Shown here one piece after another: positions 37,200 to 45,184 of a DNA stretch of 64,000 nt (position 1 is the stretch's first letter; every line of letters starts with the position of its first letter). The translations under genes were made by a program, and so were the position numbers. The notes beneath the pieces are model-generated. The model was given only the letters and a program-made list of their open reading frames with translations. It did not search any database and was not told the DNA's origin. Source of the stretch: a virus (lineage: Duplodnaviria; Caudoviricetes). The stretch lies in the IMG/VR virus record IMGVR_UViG_3300001847_000332, positions 940 to 64,939 of that record. One strand, written 5' to 3'.

Positions 37200-37805
37200 A
37201 TGGGAATGAAATTAACAGCAAGTGAATTAAAGGAACGCTATCCGCGCAAGTTTGAAAAGGAGCATGAAGATTGGATCAACCAGCTGTGGGATGACTGGTG
37301 GGATTATGTGTGGGAGGGTTTCAAGGAGGATATGCAGGCTAAAGGCATGAGTGAGCTGGAGGGCCCGCAGTTTGACCTGTACCGCCGCTACGCCATGTTC
37401 TCTGGCACCCTCAAGCTAAGCACGATCATGGAAGAAACAGGCGCCCATGAAAAATATTACCCGCTGTACTTGGCCGTTGTGCAGGCTAGGGATTATGTGC
37501 GGTGCCATCCAAAAAGCAGGTCCGATACCCTCGGTGTAGCTGTATCCAGCTACTCTTTCAGTAGCAATCCCGAAGGCGTGTTCTCTGACATGGATGACGA
37601 CGACTGGCAGGACTTAGTGGGCGACCTATGGAAGCAGTGCGATCCTGAATCCCTTGCACTCGAGTATTGCAATGACTTGTGCCACGACCTGCTCAAACGC
37701 CTTGATGATGCTTACGGGTGGGAAACATCCGAAGAAAACTTTATAGAAATGTGCGAAACCAACGAAGTGACCTTTGAGGTGAACGACGATGAAATTCAAG
37801 ATTGA
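37200..37805 (+). CDS. acidic hypothetical protein
   Basis: About 201 aa; WWDYVWE...EMCETNEVTF. Confidence 0.7.
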   Translation: MGMKLTASELKERYPRKFEKEHEDWINQLWDDWWDYVWEGFKEDMQAKGMSELEGPQFDLYRRYAMFSGTLKLSTIMEETGAHEKYYPLYLAVVQARDYVRCHPKSRSDTLGVAVSSYSFSSNPEGVFSDMDDDDWQDLVGDLWKQCDPESLALEYCNDLCHDLLKRLDDAYGWETSEENFIEMCETNEVTFEVNDDEIQD

Positions 37806-38055
37806 TATTGCAGGTACATCAGTTTTCCTGTCTCCCGAACAGCTGGGCCAGCTGGTCATAATGCTGGGCGATGCCACCCGCATTGAGGAGAAGTACGTAG
37901 GCACAGGCAAGGGACCCAACGGCGCGTCGTACATAAAGCTCATCCGTTCGTACCAACCGTCCGAGCACTTCCGACCGTACTGCGTAACCGACGACGAGTA
38001 TGCGGCGATGGAGCTCGTCACCAAGCTGGAGGATGAGAAAAATGGAACAAGTTGA
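37789..38055 (+). CDS. hypothetical protein
   Basis: 88 aa, GAGGTG RBS. Confidence 0.65.
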   Translation: MKFKIDIAGTSVFLSPEQLGQLVIMLGDATRIEEKYVGTGKGPNGASYIKLIRSYQPSEHFRPYCVTDDEYAAMELVTKLEDEKNGTS

Positions 38056-38305
38056 GTGCAGGTATTCTGAGTCCGATGGGTATTACTACCTCGCCATATA
38101 CGACCATCGGGTGATCGGACGGTTTGCGGTAGTCGACCAAGAGGGACCCATCGACAAGCGTCCTGAGTGGCTCACGAACATTGTTAATATCGCTGCTGTT
38201 GGTGACCACTTTCTGTCTGTGACAGACCCTCCGCCTACTCGGGTGTTGTGGTTCTGGATGGACAAGAACTACAACTTGCTCGAGATCGGATCGCATAATT
38301 TATGA
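38042..38305 (+). CDS. hypothetical protein
   Basis: Coupled ORF starting MEQVEC. Confidence 0.6.
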   Translation: MEQVECRYSESDGYYYLAIYDHRVIGRFAVVDQEGPIDKRPEWLTNIVNIAAVGDHFLSVTDPPPTRVLWFWMDKNYNLLEIGSHNL

Positions 38306-38493
38306 CGAAGTTTTGCAGCAACTGCATGAAAGTCCGCCCCTCTGAGGGCGGAGTGTGGCTACGCACAGCCACAGCTAAGCGTTGGAGATGTGCCGCATGT
38401 ACCGCACGGGTTAAAGCTCGCAGCGGACCTAATCAACCTGAAAGGACTCAAGATGAATCTGGAGCTGGTGAAGGAAGCATTGAAGGTGGCTGA
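38302..38493 (+). CDS. small zinc-finger protein
   Basis: FCSNC...RWRCAAC. Confidence 0.65.
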   Translation: MTKFCSNCMKVRPSEGGVWLRTATAKRWRCAACTARVKARSGPNQPERTQDESGAGEGSIEGG

Positions 38494-38632
38494 CAGCATT
38501 CTGGGCGCAGCCGTGCATTCCGGCACGCATTTTCAAACAGCGGCGGGCAAGGATGACGCTGTGCAAGCTCGCAACTTGGTCAAAGCCGCATTACAGGAAC
38601 TTACACATGAACCGCATTCCGTCCGTGCCTAA
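38453..38632 (+). CDS. hypothetical protein
   Basis: AAGGA RBS before MNLELV. Confidence 0.55.
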   Translation: MNLELVKEALKVADSILGAAVHSGTHFQTAAGKDDAVQARNLVKAALQELTHEPHSVRA

Positions 38633-38903
38633 TCTACAACAAGTTGTTCGACCTCAGCCTCACGCTACATACAACGAATTGCGGCAAAAAAACGATCAGC
38701 TTGAAGCTGAAGTAGGCAGGCTTAAAGAACTGGTGGATTATCAGCACGCCATCATTGTTGGCCAGCAGCCTCTTATGTCTCACCTCCAGTGGGAGGCGTC
38801 TAAGTGGAATCATTACAAACGTATTCTCGAGGCCAAGGAAGGGAAAGCCGCGGTGTCTGAGGCAGAGAGTCAGGTTCAGCAGCGAATGTCAGGACTAATT
38901 TGA
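38607..38903 (+). CDS. hypothetical coiled-coil protein
   Basis: AGGA RBS before MNRIPS. Confidence 0.6.
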   Translation: MNRIPSVPNLQQVVRPQPHATYNELRQKNDQLEAEVGRLKELVDYQHAIIVGQQPLMSHLQWEASKWNHYKRILEAKEGKAAVSEAESQVQQRMSGLI

Positions 38904-38912
38904 GGGCAAAAA

Positions 38913-39053
38913 ATGATGACTGAGGAAGAATTTACGACTGTTATGGAACAAGGGTATGAGGATGGATACCGAGGTGGGTTAATTATCGGATTCATCCTTG
39001 GAGCGCTCAGCGCGCTGGCCGCGGGCCTGCTTTATATGGTGGTGATGAGATGA
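38913..39053 (+). CDS. 46-aa membrane peptide
   Basis: Read by hand: MMTEEEF...GLIIGFILGALSALAAGLLYMVVMR. Confidence 0.6.
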   Translation: MMTEEEFTTVMEQGYEDGYRGGLIIGFILGALSALAAGLLYMVVMR

Positions 39054-39187
39054 CCGAGGAACAAAAGAAGGCATGGAATGACGCTATTGATGCAGTATTG
39101 GAGCTGTTGAGGATTCATCCCCCAAGCCGCATAGGGGAGGCAGCATTTATGCGGCGTTTAATTAACCTCAAGGAGACGTTAAAGTGA
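39050..39187 (+). CDS. 45-aa hypothetical protein
   Basis: MTEEQKKAWNDAIDAVLELL...; coupled on both sides. Confidence 0.55.
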   Translation: MTEEQKKAWNDAIDAVLELLRIHPPSRIGEAAFMRRLINLKETLK

Positions 39188-39591
39188 AGTCAGTATCAAG
39201 CATGTCGGACGCACGTACATTTGTTAGTGATACAACGGTGGTAAGCCCGTTTCGCCCCCCGGCACAACCGCAACTGAAACCGAAAGACCCAGTACGGTGG
39301 GCGAATTCGGACAACCCACTGCGTCCGGCGCCGATGCCTAAAGTAGTGACTCAAAAAGTAAATGCTCAGCCAGTTAGAACATTGCCTACAGTACAGGAAC
39401 CCCCGGTGCAGGAAAGCAAAACACGCCCTCGCCTTAGAGCAGCCTTGATGTTAGCGGGTGCATTTTTGGTTATTCCCGGGCTAATCGGCGGCATGATTTC
39501 AATGGTAGCGTTAGGGCCACTTGGATTGGCCGTGGCAGCAGGGGCACTGTTTGTCGGGAGTGCGCTCCTGAAGGCTGCGGTAAACATGTAA
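39184..39591 (+). CDS. membrane protein (Pro-rich N-terminus, two TM segments)
   Basis: 135 aa, AAGGAG RBS. Confidence 0.65.
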   Translation: MKSVSSMSDARTFVSDTTVVSPFRPPAQPQLKPKDPVRWANSDNPLRPAPMPKVVTQKVNAQPVRTLPTVQEPPVQESKTRPRLRAALMLAGAFLVIPGLIGGMISMVALGPLGLAVAAGALFVGSALLKAAVNM

Positions 39592-39600
39592 GGAAAAGAC

Positions 39601-40149
39601 ATGGGCAACGGTGTGAGCAGAACGTATCCAGTAGGGATTATTAAGCACAGCCCGACGAGAGTTAGCTTCGGCAAACCCGAAGTTCGGGTATATAACCGAG
39701 AAGAGTGGGAGACAAAACCGTTGCTCAACACTCATGAAGTACGCCGCATCGAAGCCAAGATAAAAGCGGCTGCGGTGCGGCCTATTGAGCCTCAGTGCCG
39801 ATTACCAGAAATTGAGTTGCCAAAACCAAAATGGTGGCAGAAATTACTGCGTACATCTCTTGAAGATCAGCTCGGACTTTTGCTTGGCTCTTGTTTAGTG
39901 GCTGGCGCGGCGACGATATTTATGGGGCCAGTAAGTTTTGTTCTTCCAGCAGCAGTAATAGGTTTCATGCTTGTCAGCGCAGCATATAAAGCGACTGCAA
40001 AAAAACTCCCCACTGAAGCAGAAATCATGGCAAGAAGAAAAGCAGCACAGCATTTAATTAAGTTGGCGAATAAATACAGACGGGCAGGGCTGCATATTGA
40101 GGCCAAACTGTATGCAGATATGGCACAAAAACAATTGAGGATAAAATGA
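39601..40149 (+). CDS. membrane protein (two TM segments)
   Basis: 182 aa, AAGGA RBS. Confidence 0.65.
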   Translation: MGNGVSRTYPVGIIKHSPTRVSFGKPEVRVYNREEWETKPLLNTHEVRRIEAKIKAAAVRPIEPQCRLPEIELPKPKWWQKLLRTSLEDQLGLLLGSCLVAGAATIFMGPVSFVLPAAVIGFMLVSAAYKATAKKLPTEAEIMARRKAAQHLIKLANKYRRAGLHIEAKLYADMAQKQLRIK

Positions 40150-40343
40150 CAGACCAAGAAATGCACCAATTCAATGCGCTCCGTAAGGGATTGAATGCCA
40201 CCTGCTTAGTTATAAAGCGCTTGCTAGCTGAGCGACACTCTATACCCATGACAGACCCGCGTATTGATGAGCTAACAATCAAACTGGTAAATGCCGCCGC
40301 TGATATGTTTGAAGCTGACGCGAGAAAGGATAACTTGCAATGA
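40146..40343 (+). CDS. hypothetical protein
   Basis: 65 aa, coupled. Confidence 0.6.
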   Translation: MTDQEMHQFNALRKGLNATCLVIKRLLAERHSIPMTDPRIDELTIKLVNAAADMFEADARKDNLQ

Positions 40344-40714
40344 ACCTACGCGAAGCAGCACAACAGGCGCTTGAGGCGTTGAGCGTGTTGAAGCCCGACA
40401 ATTGGGAAGATAAAGAATTGCAAATCCAAGCATGGGAGGCCCTTCGCGCCGCGCTATCTGAAGAAGCCATGCAACGCCTGACGGATGTGCAGCAGGAGAT
40501 GGAGCCTGCAATTACAAGAACTGAACGAGGACTGATTTTGCACGTTGGGTGGGATGACATTCCGGCAGGGGCCAAGCTATATCTCTATCCACCAAAGCGA
40601 GAATGGGTTGGGCTGACGGATGAGGATATGAAAGAGATTTTTATCTACGCCGGAGATACAGCAAAGCGTGTTGCCCGCGCCATCGAAGCCAAGCTGAAGG
40701 AGAAAAATTCATGA
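40340..40714 (+). CDS. hypothetical phage protein
   Basis: LREAAQQALEAL...REWVGLTDE...ARAIEAKLKEKN mosaic motifs. Confidence 0.7.
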   Translation: MNLREAAQQALEALSVLKPDNWEDKELQIQAWEALRAALSEEAMQRLTDVQQEMEPAITRTERGLILHVGWDDIPAGAKLYLYPPKREWVGLTDEDMKEIFIYAGDTAKRVARAIEAKLKEKNS

Positions 40715-41184
40715 GATACACACAAGCCAAACCGCTGATTGACAAACTGATGGACATCGCAGTCCTATTCCATGGCTCGCCGTCGCTGCTTAGAGACAGG
40801 CTGTATTCCGCCATCAATGAGTTCCTGCCTGACATGGACGAAGCGTGCATGGAGCGCGGGTGTCCGGCCTTTGATGGGCGTGATGTGGTTGAAGAAGCTC
40901 CTCCGATACAAGAGCAAACTGAAAAACAAACGATCGATAAAGACACGATGGAATATCTAACCATGGCGCAGGAGGCAGATGTATCAATTCGTGGGCACTA
41001 CGACGAAACCGGAGTAACCCCGCAAGAACTCGAACGCTTCGCCGCCCTTGTCGCAGCAGCCGAACGCGAGGCGTGTGCGAAGGTGTGCGAGGAAGTCGAG
41101 CGTAAGGCAACCAAACAACCGCCGATGGTTGGTCAAGGCGCTCAGTCATGCGCTGCGGCTATTCGAGCAAGGGGAGAGAAATGA
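40711..41184 (+). CDS. hypothetical phage protein (EREACA motif)
   Basis: LERFAALVAAAEREACAKVCE...CAAAIRARG. Confidence 0.7.
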   Translation: MRYTQAKPLIDKLMDIAVLFHGSPSLLRDRLYSAINEFLPDMDEACMERGCPAFDGRDVVEEAPPIQEQTEKQTIDKDTMEYLTMAQEADVSIRGHYDETGVTPQELERFAALVAAAEREACAKVCEEVERKATKQPPMVGQGAQSCAAAIRARGEK

Positions 41185-41444
41185 CTAAAGATCAATACAT
41201 CAATCTGTTTCATGAGTTAGAACTGAATCGCGTGGCTTTCAAACGTCTTATGGATTGCGATGACGAAGTGTTGCGCCTGGTTAATCGCGCTCTCGAAATA
41301 GAACGCGAGGCGTGCGCTCAGATATGCGAATCTTTAGCGCAGGATCGTGGGATGTTTCACCCCGATGATGAAGAGTTTAAAACTGGTGTTTTGGCAGGGG
41401 CTGGAATGTGCGGAGTAACGATCCGAGCAAGGAGCAACAAATGA
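41181..41444 (+). CDS. hypothetical phage protein (EREACA motif)
   Basis: EREACAQICE...IRARS. Confidence 0.7.
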   Translation: MTKDQYINLFHELELNRVAFKRLMDCDDEVLRLVNRALEIEREACAQICESLAQDRGMFHPDDEEFKTGVLAGAGMCGVTIRARSNK

Positions 41445-41614
41445 AGAACTTCATCGCAACATATGAAAGCCCGAAGAACATTTTCAGTGGCAAAAAGCTT
41501 TTCCGATGCGCCAACATAGCTGAAGCACAGGATCAGTTCTTCGCATGGCTACGCACGCAAAGCACGTACCAACACATGTGGGCACTTACCGTGTCGTTTG
41601 AGGAGGTACAATGA
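41441..41614 (+). CDS. hypothetical protein
   Basis: AAGGAG RBS, coupled. Confidence 0.6.
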   Translation: MKNFIATYESPKNIFSGKKLFRCANIAEAQDQFFAWLRTQSTYQHMWALTVSFEEVQ

Positions 41615-41814
41615 AGCTATACGACGTACCAAAAAATACAAAAATTAGAGTTGGGGATGTGCCGCTGATGTTTCACCACATCGACGGCATGTATTCATTG
41701 TGCACTGATGAACACGGGCATCCCGTACACCTTGCTGCATGGACCGACGTTGAATGCGTAAGCGAAGCCGATACAGACCAAAGCCAATCCTCCGAAACAC
41801 GATTGGATATGTAA
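41611..41814 (+). CDS. hypothetical protein
   Basis: MKLYDVP...FHHIDGMYSLC; GGAGG RBS. Confidence 0.7.
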   Translation: MKLYDVPKNTKIRVGDVPLMFHHIDGMYSLCTDEHGHPVHLAAWTDVECVSEADTDQSQSSETRLDM

Positions 41815-42215
41815 TAGAAGGTGTAACCCCGTTAGCTCAGCATAACCCGCACGTACTGACACTCAAGATCAAGAACCACGCGTCCATGGTTGCGCTGACC
41901 AAGGGCGAAGCTACCAAGGATGACTTTAATCGGCTGGTGGCTGCTGCCAATGTAGTCGAGGCGCTGTATATCATGGGCTTTGGCAAGGAGTACAAGGACG
42001 CCATGGATAACGGGCACTCCGCCCTTATGGCACTTGGCCAGCGTGGTAAAAAGATCGGCAAGCTTGTGCTGAAGGCGGAAGAACTTCAGGCACTTAACTA
42101 CATGATGGAGCTGCACGATGCGCAGCTGGATGTCATTACGGTTAAGCATTTGGAGAACGCGATCAAGATGGTTGAGCGCGAACGCAGGGCAGGGCGTACC
42201 AAGGATATTGTATGA
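41754..42215 (+). CDS. hypothetical protein
   Basis: 153 aa; MRKRSRYRPK...LHDAQL. Confidence 0.7.
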   Translation: MRKRSRYRPKPILRNTIGYVIEGVTPLAQHNPHVLTLKIKNHASMVALTKGEATKDDFNRLVAAANVVEALYIMGFGKEYKDAMDNGHSALMALGQRGKKIGKLVLKAEELQALNYMMELHDAQLDVITVKHLENAIKMVERERRAGRTKDIV

Positions 42216-42424
42216 TTGTTAAAGACTCATCCGATGGCACGGCAGCGGTTGACCCGAATTATTTCTGGCAGCCGATTGCTACCTGCCCCATTGGCCGTAA
42301 GGTTCAGCTCATCAACAAACCGATGGGCTGCGCTACCTACGGCGTTTATGACCGTAAAAGTACCTACTGGACTCATTGGGCACCCCTGCCCAAGTTCAGT
42401 GTTGATTCTTTAAAGGAGCAGTAA
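42212..42424 (+). CDS. DUF551-like protein
   Basis: WQPIATCP...THWAPLP. Confidence 0.7.
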   Translation: MIVKDSSDGTAAVDPNYFWQPIATCPIGRKVQLINKPMGCATYGVYDRKSTYWTHWAPLPKFSVDSLKEQ

Positions 42425-42811
42425 ATGAAAGCAAAAGATAAAATCCGTAAGGCTTTGGCGAAAAACCCTAACCTGAGCGTGGCCGAGTTGGCCGATAAGC
42501 TCAACATCTCTCGCGTTACGGTGTACGCTGTCCGCAAGCAGTTGGCGCAGGAAACGTTTGAGGAAACTGTTGAGGAAACCGCGCCGGTTGAAGTCGAATC
42601 CGTTACCGCCAAGCAAGTTGGCGGTAACCATTACACAACCCTTGAGATTCAGCCATGGGAAGTCATCGAACGCAACAACATGGGTTTCTTCGACGGCAAT
42701 GCCGTGAAGTATCTGATGCGGTACAAGGCCAAGGGTGGTGTGGAGGACCTCAAGAAGGCCCATCACTATCTCGAGAAACTGATCGAGCTCGAGAATGGCC
42801 GCAACGCCTGA
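42425..42811 (+). CDS. DUF3310 (T7 gp1.7-like nucleotide kinase) with N-terminal HTH
   Basis: QVGGNHY...GNAVKYLMRY..KGGVEDLKKAHHY; HTH SVAELADKLNISRVTVY. Confidence 0.82.
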   Translation: MKAKDKIRKALAKNPNLSVAELADKLNISRVTVYAVRKQLAQETFEETVEETAPVEVESVTAKQVGGNHYTTLEIQPWEVIERNNMGFFDGNAVKYLMRYKAKGGVEDLKKAHHYLEKLIELENGRNA

Positions 42812-43130
42812 AGCAAAGGTTAAAGCTAAAGTCCATGCCAAGCTCAAATCGCATGGCGCATATGCCGTCAATTACATTGGCGGCCAATATGCTAATAACG
42901 GCACTCCTGATATTCTGGCCTGCTACCGCGGGCGGTTTATCGCGATAGAGTGCAAGGCTGGCAAGAACAAGCCCACCGCTCTTCAGCTGCGCAACCTCGA
43001 GCGCATTGAGGACGCCGGTGGGCTGGCCTTGGTTATCAACGAAACCAACTTGGAGGTGCTCAATGACCTCGAAGCCGCTCGATCTAATTGGGCAGATTTT
43101 GGCCGATCCGTCACTGATCCTGAAGGGTGA
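42795..43130 (+). CDS. VRR-NUC nuclease (Holliday junction resolvase-like)
   Basis: TPEAKVK...GTPDIL...FIAIECKA...PTALQ. Confidence 0.88.
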   Translation: MAATPEAKVKAKVHAKLKSHGAYAVNYIGGQYANNGTPDILACYRGRFIAIECKAGKNKPTALQLRNLERIEDAGGLALVINETNLEVLNDLEAARSNWADFGRSVTDPEG

Positions 43131-43180
43131 TGAGCACGAGCAGGAGATACTTCGCGTGCGGATGAAACAACGGCAAGACG

Positions 43181-43256
43181 TGGTGCTGGCGGAAGGAATC
43201 GAACCCTCGACCGCTCGCTTACAAGGCGAGAGCTCTACCAACTGAGCTACGCCAGC
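43181..43256 (-). tRNA. tRNA-Thr (anticodon UGU), CCA encoded
   Basis: GCTGGCGTAGCTCAGTTGGTAGAGCTCTCGCCTTGTAAGCGAGCGGTCGAGGGTTCGATTCCTTCCGCCAGCACCA: 76 nt, full cloverleaf. Confidence 0.95.
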
Positions 43257-43277
43257 AATTTCTAACGTTAGAACACG

Positions 43278-45152
43278 ATGCCACAAATACTTGTTTGCGA
43301 CTTTGAAACTTTCTACGACCGCGACTTTAGTTTGTCGAAGCTTACCACGGAGGAGTATGTCCGCGACTCACGGTTTGAAGCCATCGGTTTAGCATTCAAG
43401 CTGAATGATGGCGTTACCACGTGGGTGTCCAAGCCGTCCGTGGCGCGGTGGGTTGCCTCGGTAGATTGGTCGGACAAGATTGTGGTGTGCCAGAACACAG
43501 CGTTTGATGGAGCGATACTGGCATGGCATTACGGCGTGAAGCCGCTGGCGTGGGCGGACACGCTGAGCATGTCCCGTGCGCTGTACCCACACGACAAGTC
43601 GCATAGCCTCAAGGCGCAGGCGGAGCGCATGGGCATCGGTGCCAAGGGCGACGAAGTGCTCAACGCGTTGGGCAAGCACTATGACGATTTCTCAGTCGAA
43701 GAGCTCTCTCGGTACGCCGCGTACTGCGTGAACGACGTAAACCTCACGCACACCCTGTTCACCCGCTACATCGAGCAGGGCTTCCCCAAGCAGGAGCTCA
43801 AGCTCATTGACCTCACCCTGCGCATGTTCATCGAGCCTCGGCTGGTGCTCGACAACGCCGCGCTGGTCGCTCACCTGCAGGCTGTGCGTGAGCATAAGCA
43901 GCAGCTGCTCGACGCCGTGCGTGACCAGCTCATTAACGCTGACCCTGACAATGCCGCGGCTATCCTTTCCGAGGACATCAAGAAGCTCCTCATGTCCAAC
44001 GACAAGTTCGCCGCCCTGCTGCGCCAGCTCGGCATTGAGCCCCCGCTCAAGATCAGCCCCACCACCGGCAAGGAAACCTATGCCTTCGCCAAGACCGACG
44101 AGCCGTTTAAGGAGCTGCAGGAGCACGACGATCTGCGCGTGCAGACACTGGTTGCCGCCCGGCTGGGCAACAAGACCACCCTTGAGGAGACCCGCACCGA
44201 GCGCTTCATCGGTATGTCTGGGCGCGGCGAGTTCCCAGTACCCCTGCGCTACTACGGCGCACACTCGGGACGTTGGTCTGGCCAAGACTCGGTGAACCTG
44301 CAAAACCTCCCCAGCCGAGGGCCTCACGCCAAGAAGCTTAAGAAGGCCATCCGCGCACCCGAGGGCTACATCGTCATCGACTCCGATTCCGCGCAGATCG
44401 AGGCCCGCACCCTTGCGTGGCTCGCCGGGCAGGACGACCTCGTACAGTCATTCCGTGACAAACAGGACGTGTACAAACAGATGGCCAGCTTCATCTACAA
44501 CGTGGCCGAAGATCAAATCACCAAGGAGCAGCGGCAGGTAGGTAAAGTCGTAATTCTCGGGGCAGGTTACGGCGTAGGACACACTAAGCTCAAGCTGTTC
44601 CTCAAGGCCATGGCCGGTGTCGAGGTGTCCGAGGACGAAGCCCGGCGCATCATCAGCGCATACCGTAACCGCTACGCTGCCATTCCGTACCTGTGGGACA
44701 AGGCTAACCGTGCGATTGAGGCGCTGCACGCAGGCCAGACCTTACAGGTCGACGCTATCGGGCTCGTGCACGTTGAGCCGGGCAAGGGCCTGACCCTGCC
44801 GAGCGGCCTGCACATCCAGTACCCAGGCTTGAAGCGCGTGAACCGCGAGAACAAAACCGAGTGGGCGTACGACGCCAAGGGCATCCTCACTCGCGTGTAC
44901 GGCGGGCTGTGTGTTGAGAACTTCACTCAAGCTATCGCCCGCTGCGTTATCGCGGAACAGATGCTGCGCATCCGCCGGCGCTATCCAGTAGTGCTGACTG
45001 TGCACGACTCCATCGCGTGTATTGCTCCGGCGGATGAGCGTGAGCAGGCCACTCAGTATGTCGTCGAGTGTATGTCGTGGAACCCCAAGTGGGCAGTCGG
45101 TTTGCCCCTCGCATGCGAGGCAGGTTCGGGCGATTCCTACGGAGACTGTTGA
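43278..45152 (+). CDS. polA: DNA polymerase family A with 3'-5' exonuclease
   Basis: Exo DFET and NTAFD; motif A DSAQIEAR; motif B RQVGKVVILGAGYG; motif C VHDS. Confidence 0.95.
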   Translation: MPQILVCDFETFYDRDFSLSKLTTEEYVRDSRFEAIGLAFKLNDGVTTWVSKPSVARWVASVDWSDKIVVCQNTAFDGAILAWHYGVKPLAWADTLSMSRALYPHDKSHSLKAQAERMGIGAKGDEVLNALGKHYDDFSVEELSRYAAYCVNDVNLTHTLFTRYIEQGFPKQELKLIDLTLRMFIEPRLVLDNAALVAHLQAVREHKQQLLDAVRDQLINADPDNAAAILSEDIKKLLMSNDKFAALLRQLGIEPPLKISPTTGKETYAFAKTDEPFKELQEHDDLRVQTLVAARLGNKTTLEETRTERFIGMSGRGEFPVPLRYYGAHSGRWSGQDSVNLQNLPSRGPHAKKLKKAIRAPEGYIVIDSDSAQIEARTLAWLAGQDDLVQSFRDKQDVYKQMASFIYNVAEDQITKEQRQVGKVVILGAGYGVGHTKLKLFLKAMAGVEVSEDEARRIISAYRNRYAAIPYLWDKANRAIEALHAGQTLQVDAIGLVHVEPGKGLTLPSGLHIQYPGLKRVNRENKTEWAYDAKGILTRVYGGLCVENFTQAIARCVIAEQMLRIRRRYPVVLTVHDSIACIAPADEREQATQYVVECMSWNPKWAVGLPLACEAGSGDSYGDC

Positions 45153-45184
45153 GGTATAGTCAGGGGCTACCTAAGGACCCTACG

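Larger units (their letters stand above)
29576..43272. repeat. dispersed 12-bp palindrome TCTAACGTTAGA, 12 copies
   Basis: Perfect at 29576, 31029, 31728, 32171, 32425, 34989, 35978, 37142, 43261; one mismatch at 30781, 33211, 33836. Confidence 0.95.

Noticed and set aside
43181-43256. tRNA as a prophage attachment site or host boundary
   Set aside because: Phage genes continue on both sides, with no duplicated tRNA fragment and no integrase.
29576-43272. Classical integron cassette array with attC sites
   Set aside because: Sites are 12 bp, lack attC structure, several lie mid-gene, and no integrase or tyrosine recombinase was found.
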